Below are positions 1-7,835 of a stretch of DNA of 35,695 nucleotides, in pieces. Numbering within the stretch: position 1 is the stretch's first letter; every line of letters starts with the position of its first letter. A program made the translations under genes and the position numbers. A model generated the notes under the pieces. That model was not told where the DNA came from. It worked only from the letters and a program-made list of their open reading frames with translations, and ran no database searches. The DNA comes from an uncultured virus (IMG/VR IMGVR_UViG_3300025402_000005) (lineage: Duplodnaviria > Heunggongvirae > Uroviricota > Caudoviricetes), in the IMG/VR virus record IMGVR_UViG_3300025402_000005; one strand, given 5' to 3'.

Positions 1-30
1 CGTCAATTTCTAAAGTATCTAGGCTCATTG

Positions 31-1317
31 TTAAATCCACTCCTTAATATATTCACGGTAATTTTCATCATTCCACCATAGCCACTCCTCGATAGTAAAC
101 TCTGTCTCGCGGAGTAACCTCTTTGTCCCATAAATAGAGAACGCATCTCTACCTTTGAGCTCAGGAAATACACTCTCTACACCTTCCCAGAACGCGTTGA
201 GTCCAGCTTCGATGGCATCATTCACGCGCCGATCGTATTCAGTCATCTCTTTCATTCTTTGTTCTCCTTGTTCTCTAGATAGAATAAGTAATCTAGTGCC
301 TTAGCTACTTTACCCTGCAATTCAGGCTGGTAGGTAAGATCAACGAATAACTGTGCCAGCGTGTCTTTCAATAGATCTTTATAGTCCATTTATTTCTCCT
401 TCTAGTATTTCGACTCCATGCCATATGAAGCCCTCTTGATAACGTGTTACTTGCCCTAATATATCGAACCATTGTTCATCCACCTCAGCGGTGATCATAA
501 ACTTCACCCTCTAATCTCCTCCAACTCTTCTTCATCAAGCGGATAGACTTGATCTCCCATGCCATACCCGATACCAGTCTGAATAACGATCTCACCCTCA
601 GTAACTACCACTAGGCAATTAGGGAGTATCGACTCGAAGAACGCGCGAAACTCTGTGTAATCCTCTACTTGATTAAACTCTTTCATGCCATTACCTCCAC
701 ACATTGATTACAGTACATTTCTACTTCGGTATCCCATTGAATAGGATGGCGGGCATCTCTGCACCCACACTCAGCACACTTAGCCATTAGTTAACCTCTT
801 ATTCAGATCGGCGCAGAAGTAATCCTCTATATCCTCATACTTAGATAGCCATTCTTGCGCATTCTCATCCCATATATGACCATTGTCATAGTTGATAGAT
901 ACACCATCCCAGTCGATACTCCATGAGTTGGTCTCTGTGTCCCATATAACTACATAGTGATACTGCTTACTCATGCTTCCACCTTCTCCACAGTATTTTG
1001 GATAACGCGGGTAATTACCTTGTGATTAGTGTCTAGATTATGAACCATGACCTCGAACCGTGATCGGCTGGTCTTGGTCAGGATGGCATAATCACAGTCT
1101 AAGCAGACAACTGCACTTGTCATTCTTTGTCACTCCATATCTCAATATGATTAATAGTTGCGCCCCACTCTGTCTCTGTCTTTACATCAATATCTACACC
1201 GTCTCTATCCCACGGTTCTAACACCTGGAGAGTAATTGAGCTGGCAATAGAGTCGATCTCATCAGCGGTAAGCTTCCTATCAGTCCTAAAGTTCATAACT
1301 ACTTGATACGCTTGCAT
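31..1317 (-). CDS. Operon of small acidic hypothetical early proteins (31-255, 252-389, 504-~686, 780-974, 1120-1317 and shorter ORFs)
   Basis: Tightly packed or overlapping minus-strand ORFs with GGAG/GAAGG Shine-Dalgarno sequences; no recognised family. Confidence 0.7.
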
Positions 1318-1366
1318 AATCACCTTCTAGATAATCAATTCGGCGGAGACTGTCTCCACTAAGAGG

Positions 1367-1420
1367 AACCTATACCCTAGAGAGGAGAAATAGAGGGATT
1401 TTTGATAACGATTAGATAAC
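1367..1420 (-). promoter_or_regulatory. Early cassette promoter A: GTTAT-N6-GTTAT direct repeat plus -10 TAGGTT
   Basis: GATAAC at 1404 and 1415; -10 at 1367-1372, 31 bp away; same geometry in five other cassettes. Confidence 0.7.
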
Positions 1421-1502
1421 GATTTATACAACCCCTCAATACCCCCATAGAACCCAGTTTTGGCGGGTACTGTCTAATTAGGAATAGATATAAGGATAGA
1501 TA

Positions 1503-1529
1503 CTCTCTCTCTCCTCTCTCTCTCTCTCT
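1503..1529. repeat. (CT)n simple repeat
   Basis: ctctctctctcctctctctctctctct; an expanded form of the CTCTCTCT tract in the other spacers. Confidence 0.9.
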
Positions 1530-1531
1530 TG

Positions 1532-1547
1532 TGTTTCACGTGAAACA
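1532..1547. promoter_or_regulatory. parS: parS centromere-like site (perfect consensus)
   Basis: TGTTTCACGTGAAACA, an exact 16-bp match to the canonical chromosomal ParB-binding palindrome; intergenic. Confidence 0.85.
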
Positions 1548-1754
1548 TCTCTCTCAGCTAGCTCACAGATAGCTCTCAGCCTATTATCAGATACCTCCCC
1601 AGCCAACTACCCCCAACTTCTGGTCATACATCCACTTATCGATTTGTCGACATTTGACAGTAGCCGAATTGCCCTAGCAGATCGGTGGCTCCGGTGTCAA
1701 TAGTCCCAGGCTGTGATTCCGGTCACATCTCTCTTGCATATATATTCCCTAATG

Positions 1755-1825
1755 GGGAGGGTGGGTCAACACAAACAAAATGCCCGGTCAATCGCCGCCA
1801 CTACACGGTGATCGCCGGGCATTTT
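1755..1825 (-). terminator. Cassette terminator hairpin followed by conserved TGTTTGTGTTG-CCCACCCTCCC motif
   Basis: aaaatgcccgg...ccgggcatttt inverted repeat next to GGGAGGGTGGGTCAACACAAACA. Confidence 0.7.
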
Positions 1826-1845
1826 GCCGGGGAAACAGCTGCTAA

Positions 1846-2625
1846 TTACTCTTCGTCCTCCTCATCCGGACCGTAAGTGAGCTTAGCCCAATGAGCTACC
1901 ACGCTATTGATCAGCCATAGGCATTGCCCATCTGTGTAATCCTCTCCAGGCATACCCGGGATATCTCCTATGAGATCTACTACCTCTCCATCCATGCCGT
2001 TATAGGAGAGCTCTCTGGCTAGGAACTCCAATATCCGCCCCGTTACTTCTTCGGTGCTCTTCGTACCACCTTCAATAGTCATCGTGCCCACACTCCTTCT
2101 AAGGTCATATTGACGTCTAATACCTTGAACTCTCCAAGATTTAGCCCGTTTTCCGCCAACCACTGCGTAGCGAGCCGTTCAGCCTGCTCCTCATCATCAG
2201 CACTAATCACTGTCGCTACACTGAAATAGTCCATGATGAAGGTAACTGTGTAGTCGTTCATTCCCGATCCTCTCCTTTTAGCACTAATGTGTCATGCTCA
2301 GACTCAGCTTTGAGGGATACGATGATCGTGCCGTCCTCATTCTCCCAGCGGAAGAACTGGTAGTCGCACTCTTCGCACCTCCCGTCCATGTCGTTAATCA
2401 TCTCTATGGTGTTGTCGTCTATGCTTTCCCAGCCACAGACGATACAAGTCACCTTGATACAGCCGTGATAAGTAGTCATTACAGCCTCCCAAACTTCGCC
2501 AAGATGTGTTGTAGGGCTTCGGTGGCACCTTCACCCCATAGGTGGTCAGCAGTATCCGCGGACTCCTCCACGAATTGCTTAATCTCCTCTAGGTGACTCT
2601 CTATGTAATCGAGTACCTCATTCAT
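1846..2625 (-). CDS. Four translationally coupled hypothetical proteins (1846-2082, 2079-2261, 2258-2479 with two CxxC, 2479-2625)
   Basis: ATGA/TAATG overlaps and SD sequences. Confidence 0.75.
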
Positions 2626-2858
2626 GGCATTATCCCTCCGAATAGGAACCCTCCGCCATTGCCTTCCTCATCGCGGGAGACTTCTATCTCTCCGATGTGA
2701 CCATCAGCAAAACGGATAGTGAAGGATGGGAAAGGGTCATTACCCCATTCAGGGTCGTCCTCTTTCATCCCATTGAACTTCAAGATGGTGGCACCCACTA
2801 GCGAGCCGTAGTACTTCTCGTAGAAGGCTTTTCTCTTTTCTAGGTAGTTAGTAGTCAT
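2622..2858 (-). CDS. Conserved phage hypothetical protein (DEEGNGGG motif)
   Basis: ORF coupled at both ends; SRDEEGNGGGFLF motif. Confidence 0.75.
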   Translation of the reverse strand: MTTNYLEKRKAFYEKYYGSLVGATILKFNGMKEDDPEWGNDPFPSFTIRFADGHIGEIEVSRDEEGNGGGFLFGGIMP

Positions 2859-3076
2859 TATTCCTCACACTCACAGTCGGATAAATAGTTATTGCAGTCA
2901 TTACACTCAGTTGTTGCTAGGAAGTCAGAGAACCCAACGCGGTAGGCGATAGGGTCTAACTCATAAAGGGCGCGGGATGTGTCATACTCATACCCAGCGA
3001 CCATGACGGTGCCCCATGCTTCATCGAGACTCTCTTTGTAAAACTCCTCTAATTCGTATTCCTCATATTTAGCCAT
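2858..3076 (-). CDS. Acidic hypothetical protein (DPIAYR motif, C-terminal Cys cluster)
   Basis: Start moved to ATG 3076, downstream of the TGATAGGA SD. Confidence 0.75.
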   Translation of the reverse strand: MAKYEEYELEEFYKESLDEAWGTVMVAGYEYDTSRALYELDPIAYRVGFSDFLATTECNDCNNYLSDCECEE

Positions 3077-3113
3077 GTTCATTCCTATCAGTAGTAGTGG
3101 ACTTGCAAGACAA

Positions 3114-3281
3114 AATCTACCCCATCGAACCCCTAAAACCCTCTCTTTTTTCATAACGATTTGATAACGATCCAGCTCCCAGGAAACTCCCGGCCGGTCC
3201 TCAGCTCATTCCCGGCTAACTCTCTCTTACTTACTCCCTTAGATAGTTAGAGACTAGGGAGGGTGGGTCTCAACACAAACA
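3114..3281. repeat. Conserved inter-cassette spacer B (promoter plus motif module)
   Basis: -10 TAGATT 3114-3119; ATAAC pair 3152/3163; CCCGGCTA; CTCTCTCTTACTTACTCCCTTA; GGGAGGGTGGG 3257-3267; CAACACAAACA 3271-3281. Confidence 0.85.
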
Positions 3282-3287
3282 TTCGGG

Positions 3288-3390
3288 CACAACAAAGGCC
3301 GGCAACCCCCTGGCTGCCAGCCTTGTTGTATAGAACCCCCGCGAGCCTGACTCATTCAGGGGTTCTATGTTTTACCTGATAGGAGGTAAA
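3288..3390 (-). terminator. Three tandem hairpins at the cassette 3' end (terminator or structured 3' UTR)
   Basis: acaacaaaggccggcaacc/ggctgccagccttgttgt; atagaacccc/ggggttctat; tttacct/aggtaaa. Confidence 0.7.
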
Positions 3391-3391
3391 T

Positions 3392-3499
3392 CTAGCTCTC
3401 GCAATCGTGACCGGTGTACCACTCTTCAGCTTGAACCTCATCTAGAAGGTTGAACACACGATCGCACTCAATACAGCGAGCTACAGTTGATAGTTTCAT
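3392..3499 (-). CDS. 35-aa CxxC...HxC small protein (MKLSTVARCIECDRVF...GHDCES), absent from the ORF track
   Basis: GGAGGT SD; ATGA overlap with the upstream gene. Confidence 0.7.
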   Translation of the reverse strand: MKLSTVARCIECDRVFNLLDEVQAEEWYTGHDCES

Positions 3500-4035
3500 G
3501 CACTCACCTCCTCTTTAGGGCAATCGTCAAAGCGGTACTCTTCATCCTCACAGCCATAACAGTAATCGAGGTACTTCATGCTATCAGCGTGAGTTTCGGG
3601 GATGTCCCACGCCTCCTCCTCAATGACCTCTCCATTCTTGTAGGTGACCACGCCTCCCCAGCCTTGTTCCTCTAGGTACTCATGGACAATGCCAGCGGAT
3701 GGATAGAGTTCAGCGAGCGCGGAAATCACAGTAGGTGGAGACCATGGCGTATTGAAGGTATAGAGAACATCTTCATCTGAGGAAGACTCTACATTCAGGT
3801 CACTAGCGTCCCACTTACAACCCCAATGGTTGAGGTTCCAGCCATACCAGCCAGATGGGTCATTCATGGTTTTACCATTAGTACCCACGACATCGTTATA
3901 CGCCTCTAAATCGGTAGGCGCGATAATCTGCCAGAAAAAGCCTTGTTCTAAGTCTTTCTCTAAGCGAGCGCGAATCTCTTTAATGACCTCTGACTTAGCG
4001 GTAATCGTCACGCTATTGCTAACCCAATTTGGCAT
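3496..4035 (-). CDS. YubB/DUF1281 (Api92-like) ferredoxin-like domain protein
   Basis: MPNW-N start, WYxWN-xx-WGxKWD and FxTxWSPP motifs. Confidence 0.8.
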   Translation of the reverse strand: MPNWVSNSVTITAKSEVIKEIRARLEKDLEQGFFWQIIAPTDLEAYNDVVGTNGKTMNDPSGWYGWNLNHWGCKWDASDLNVESSSDEDVLYTFNTPWSPPTVISALAELYPSAGIVHEYLEEQGWGGVVTYKNGEVIEEEAWDIPETHADSMKYLDYCYGCEDEEYRFDDCPKEEVSA

Positions 4036-4451
4036 TAGAGAATCACCTCCTCTCTCACAATAGGGGTTTCGGCAACCTCACCGAATGTGCGCTCATAGAG
4101 GTCACGCCCAGCCTGCCACTCTGACCAATAGCCATCTGAACCGACACTCAATGCCTCACCAAAATAGTACTTAGCGCGGATAAGGACGGCGGTAACTACC
4201 TCATCATAAGGCTTGAAAGCAGTCTTACAGAAATTCATGTCCTGCTTATTGCTGAGGTGAAAAGTTTCATGGCTTCTCTCTCCTACGCCGTTAAAACGAA
4301 TGCGCTCACCCAATTCAGGTAAGCCAGTACCATCCCAGCCAGCGATACCAGCCTCTGAGTTCTCAATAATTGCGGTAACATCTCCTACTAAGGCATTCCA
4401 ATTCTCTTCATGAATAGCCTCCTTTACAGTAAAGTAATGTGTATAGCCCAT
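4035..4451 (-). CDS. Conserved phage protein (MGYTHY...FCKT..KPYD family)
   Basis: Characteristic motifs; TGATAGGAG SD. Confidence 0.8.
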   Translation of the reverse strand: MGYTHYFTVKEAIHEENWNALVGDVTAIIENSEAGIAGWDGTGLPELGERIRFNGVGERSHETFHLSNKQDMNFCKTAFKPYDEVVTAVLIRAKYYFGEALSVGSDGYWSEWQAGRDLYERTFGEVAETPIVREEVIL

Positions 4452-4493
4452 TTCAGTCTCCTATCAAAGAACTAGCGATTTGCTAGTGACTAA

Positions 4494-4654
4494 AACCTAT
4501 CACCTAATCCCCCAAAATCCCCCAAAATTAGATAACGATTTAATAACGCTTGCCTGAGAATTAGCCTGGAATTAGCCGGGGACCGGCAGCTCTCTCTCAA
4601 CAACTCCCTTACGTAGTAAGTACAGAACAGGGAGGGTGGGTTCCAACACAAACA
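4494..4654. repeat. Conserved inter-cassette spacer C
   Basis: -10 TAGGTT 4494-4499; ATAAC pair 4531/4542; TAGCCTGG/TAGCCGGG; CTTAC-GTA-GTAAG; GGGAGGGTGGG 4630-4640; CAACACAAACA 4644-4654. Confidence 0.85.
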
Positions 4655-4717
4655 ATCTGAGCTACAAAATGCCGAAAGGGGCAGGGGATTTCTCCCCCAC
4701 CCCCTGAAGCTTGACTC

Positions 4718-5206
4718 TTAGGCGTTCACCGTCCCAAAGATCTCCTCGCACACCTTCGGATGTAATGAGGTACGCATCTCTGTGAAGGCGGAAGGCTTCC
4801 AACCAGCAAGATAGACACGAGTGAGCAACTTACCTAGCGGATACTTCTCACTTGCCACTCCGAGTCGGATAAGTGCCAACTTGGTATCTCCTGACTCAAA
4901 GGCAATCAAAGACTGGAAGCAAGCAGGAGCATAGATACCAGCAGGTACCACACTCACTAAACGGTTAATCTGCTCAACATGGGTTTTATTATCTTTATCC
5001 ATGATACCGAGTACATAATCGCGGATAGAGAGTTTATCGAAAGAAGCAACCAACTTAGGGAGATCCACATCATTATTGGTATCAGCCAGCCAATTATCAA
5101 CCGCGCGGGCACTTTCAACCATCCACTCGCTACCAGCGTCCCAATCACTATCTACGCGGACGGCGCGGTTTGCCATAACTTGCGCCTTAAATTGTGTCTT
5201 GTTCAT
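4718..5206 (-). CDS. DUF4192-like actinobacterial protein (C-terminal helical part)
   Basis: IRD..., PA..., GD-xx-A, Y-x-L-xx-LL and GWxP pattern; start ATG 5206 after TGATAGGAG. Confidence 0.6.
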   Translation of the reverse strand: MNKTQFKAQVMANRAVRVDSDWDAGSEWMVESARAVDNWLADTNNDVDLPKLVASFDKLSIRDYVLGIMDKDNKTHVEQINRLVSVVPAGIYAPACFQSLIAFESGDTKLALIRLGVASEKYPLGKLLTRVYLAGWKPSAFTEMRTSLHPKVCEEIFGTVNA

Positions 5207-5249
5207 CTTTACTCCTATCAGTACATCCACCGACTTGGTGAATAGTTGA

Positions 5250-5438
5250 ACCCTACCCCATGCCCCACGATTTGCCCCTAATTTTTAATAACGATTTGAT
5301 AACAATTAATTCCCAGCCGGTCCCCAGCTAACTCCCGGCTAGCTCACAACTCTCTCTTTAATAATCCCTATTACGAAGTAATAGTTGGATCAGGGTGGGT
5401 GGGAGCCAACACAAACAAACCCCGCGCTTGGCGGGGTT
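5250..5438. repeat. Conserved inter-cassette spacer D plus terminator
   Basis: -10 TAGGGT; ATAAC pair 5287/5298; CTATTAC-GAA-GTAATAG; GGGTGGGTGGG; CAACACAAACA 5407-5417; hairpin aaccccgc/gcggggtt. Confidence 0.85.
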
Positions 5439-5444
5439 CGCTTA

Positions 5445-5738
5445 TTACTTATCCTCAATGACCTTTATCTCTGCGCCTTTGGCGCGGATAACTAGTACAG
5501 AGTCAGTAGGGATAGAACGAAACGCCTTCTTATCCATGTCCCAGACTGGAATTAACTTCTTTTCGTCAGCGTCGTACTTAAGGACTCCGCCGACTAACTT
5601 TGACTTGTAATTCGTAGTCGCGCGCATGGTGCGCAACTCACCCGTAGTGCGCTTGATAAAGTCAACAGAAAAGAAACTGCCATTAAGCGAGCGCAAGAAA
5701 GTATGAATTTGAGCGCGTGTCAGTTCTACAGTTTCCAT
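5445..5738 (-). CDS. WYL_2 / DUF2693-like SH3 beta-barrel protein
   Basis: FxKxxGExRxMxAT...VWDxxKxAFRS motif. Confidence 0.7.
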   Translation of the reverse strand: METVELTRAQIHTFLRSLNGSFFSVDFIKRTTGELRTMRATTNYKSKLVGGVLKYDADEKKLIPVWDMDKKAFRSIPTDSVLVIRAKGAEIKVIEDK

Positions 5739-5848
5739 TATTCGTCACATCCCTCACAGATAAATACCCACTCTGCTCCAACCTCAGAACGTACAAAGTG
5801 ACCGCTATGCGTGGCGAACTTACCACCGCAACCGTTACAAGCTTCCAT
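5738..5848 (-). CDS. 36-aa zinc-ribbon protein (CNGC...CEGC), absent from the ORF track
   Basis: TGATAGGAG SD; TAATG coupling to the next gene. Confidence 0.7.
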   Translation of the reverse strand: MEACNGCGGKFATHSGHFVRSEVGAEWVFICEGCDE

Positions 5849-5890
5849 TATTAACTCCTATCAGAGAGTCGGCGTTTTGCCGATAGATGA

Positions 5891-6113
5891 ATAGTAACCC
5901 CTACCCGTCGGAATACACGTATTTTTTGATAACAGTTTTATAACGATTTATTTCCCGGCTAGTTCCCGGCTAGCTCTCTCTTATAATGCCCCTTTACGAA
6001 GTAAAGTTAGGCACAGGGAGGGTGGGTGCCAACACAAACATTTCCGGGAGTTTTCCGGGAGCAGGACAAAACCCCCGCCGTGAAGCGGGGGCTTGCTTTC
6101 CTGATAGGGGAAA
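5891..6113. repeat. Conserved inter-cassette spacer E plus terminator
   Basis: -10 TACTAT; ATAAC pair 5928/5939; (TTCCCGGCTAG)2; CTTTAC-GAA-GTAAAG; GGGAGGGTGGG 6016-6026; CAACACAAACA 6030-6040; cccccgc/gcggggg hairpin. Confidence 0.85.
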
Positions 6114-6114
6114 C

Positions 6115-6198
6115 CTATTCGATCGGCTTATCTAAGTGGATCAAGATTCCGACTATGACCATGCCTACCCCTAGCCATAGAGCTACTAAACCGATCAT
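6115..6198 (-). CDS. 27-aa single-TM peptide (MIGLVALWLGVGMVIVGILIHLDKPIE)
   Basis: GGAGGT SD; ATGA overlap with ardC. Confidence 0.6.
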   Translation of the reverse strand: MIGLVALWLGVGMVIVGILIHLDKPIE

Positions 6199-7130
6199 GC
6201 GCTCACCTCCTCTTTGATCTCGGCTTTGCCTAGTACTATCTCGACTGCCTTTGAAGCTTTGGTGATGGCGTCCACTAGAAACTTTGGATCATCTTGGAGA
6301 GGACGCAACCATCCTGCGAGATAGGTGGCGTGATTATCTAGATCTACATCTAGCCCAACTTGATGGAGGAGAGTGACCCCGCCGATCTCCGCTACGAGTT
6401 CCTCTTTAGAATACCCTGAGTCTCCGTGAGATGTGAAGGGTTCTGCCGTCCAGCGATCCGCGCGTGACTTGTGCCCCGTGCTATGGATTACCTCATGAGC
6501 CATTGTCTCCGCGTATTGGGTTCCACTCTTGAATTGTGAGACGAGTGGGAGAGTGATGGAATCCATGAAGGGAGAATAGTGGGGAGACTCGTTCTCGCCC
6601 ATCTCCTTATGGAAGATGGATGGCGCGTTCTGATACTTATTAAGGATAGTCTCTACGGCAACTGGAACCTCCACAGGCTCACGCTTGGTGAGGAATTGGG
6701 CGGGTATTGCTACATCCGCGCATTGATCTAGGTTCCAAACAGTAATGGATGAGAACCAAACATTATTGCGGGTCTTAATAGATGATGGAACTAGTTCGCC
6801 TTTGCCGACATTGACCCAAACGCCATCGATTAGCTTCTGCTTGGTGATCGTAGGCTTAAGGATGTCAGTCGCCCTCTCGCCCTTGCGGACGAATCCGCCT
6901 AGATCCTGCGCTCCTTTATAGGTTACCCATAGTGGGCGCGTGTATCCGCGCTCCTCGCCAATAAGTGAAAGCCACATGGCGTTCACGCCCGTGTAAGCGT
7001 GTTTGGTAACTGCATTGGTAGGCGAGAATCCCGCCCCGTTCCACGGCTTAAGCCATGAAGACTTACCCTCTTGTAATTGCTTAATGACACGCGCTGTAAG
7101 TTCTGCGTGTAACTCATCCTTGCTCAACAT
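6195..7130 (-). CDS. ardC: ArdC-family antirestriction protein (ssDNA-binding DUF1738 plus zincin-like domain)
   Basis: W-x-KPW, Y-x-G-x-N, W-x-TYK-x-AQ-xx-GG-x-VRKGE, HEVIHSTGH-xx-R and YSKEELVAE motifs. Confidence 0.9.
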   Translation of the reverse strand: MLSKDELHAELTARVIKQLQEGKSSWLKPWNGAGFSPTNAVTKHAYTGVNAMWLSLIGEERGYTRPLWVTYKGAQDLGGFVRKGERATDILKPTITKQKLIDGVWVNVGKGELVPSSIKTRNNVWFSSITVWNLDQCADVAIPAQFLTKREPVEVPVAVETILNKYQNAPSIFHKEMGENESPHYSPFMDSITLPLVSQFKSGTQYAETMAHEVIHSTGHKSRADRWTAEPFTSHGDSGYSKEELVAEIGGVTLLHQVGLDVDLDNHATYLAGWLRPLQDDPKFLVDAITKASKAVEIVLGKAEIKEEVSA

Positions 7131-7173
7131 CTTGTCCCCTATCAAAAGACTCTAGCGATTTGCTAGTGCCCTA

Positions 7174-7358
7174 AACCTATACCACCAACCAGCAAACCCT
7201 GCCAAATTTGATAACAATTTGATAACGATTATTTCCGGGACAATTCCCGGCTAGCTCACAGGCAGCTCCCGGCTCTCTCTTACTTACTCCCTTAAACGGG
7301 GCGGGTGGGCCAACACAAACAATGCCGGGAAATGACTGAGGCCCGGGTTGCCCCGAGC
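7174..7358. repeat. Conserved inter-cassette spacer F plus hairpin
   Basis: -10 TAGGTT; GATAAC 7210/7221; TTCCCGGCTAG; 22 nt identical to spacer B; GGGCGGGTGGG; CAACACAAACA 7311-7321. Confidence 0.85.
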
Positions 7359-7381
7359 CCCAGCTCCCGCCGATCAGTACC

Positions 7382-7784
7382 TCATGCGAGCACCGCAGGA
7401 TCTTGTTCTACACGCTCCGCGATCGCCTCACGCAACTCGCGCAACTCGCGGTTACTAATCCCCTGAGAGGGGTAATCCTCATCCCTCAAGATGAGATGTA
7501 CTAGGGCTAGCGTGCTTACTGTGTCAAAAGCTTGGGCGGTAACTGTGTTCATTAGTGAGACTCCTTGATGAATGAGATGATGAGGGTCGAAAGGGTAATC
7601 CATACAAGCCATGAAGCGAGGGGGCTCATGATAGAGCCCCCGTGTAGATGTCCATTACCTTTTGCGCTAAGGCGTCAAGGTCAGCGCGGGTGACCTCACC
7701 GTCTACGCTAGGAGCAATTCGAGCGGGGTCAGCCTGCCATAGGGCAAGGGCAATCGTCGCGGTTTCTAGTGCGTCTAGTTTCAT
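7382..7784 (-). CDS. First early cassette: three coupled small ORFs (7626-7784, 7552-7629 hydrophobic, 7382-7552)
   Basis: TGATAGGTGG SD; ATGA and TAATG overlaps. Confidence 0.65.
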
Positions 7785-7835
7785 TATGTCCACCTATCAG
7801 AGTGTCGATTTACCAGCCGTGTTGCTGATAGGAGA

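Noticed and set aside
3288..3390. tRNA or known ncRNA in the triple hairpin
   Set aside because: No T-loop GTTC or D-loop consensus and no acceptor stem; treated as a structured 3' UTR or terminator.
1367..7321. Repeated spacers as a CRISPR array or classical integron attC sites
   Set aside because: The repeats are degenerate and separated by 0.5-1.3 kb of genes with their own promoters. There are no GTTRRRY/RYYYAAC ends, cas genes or integrase in the window.
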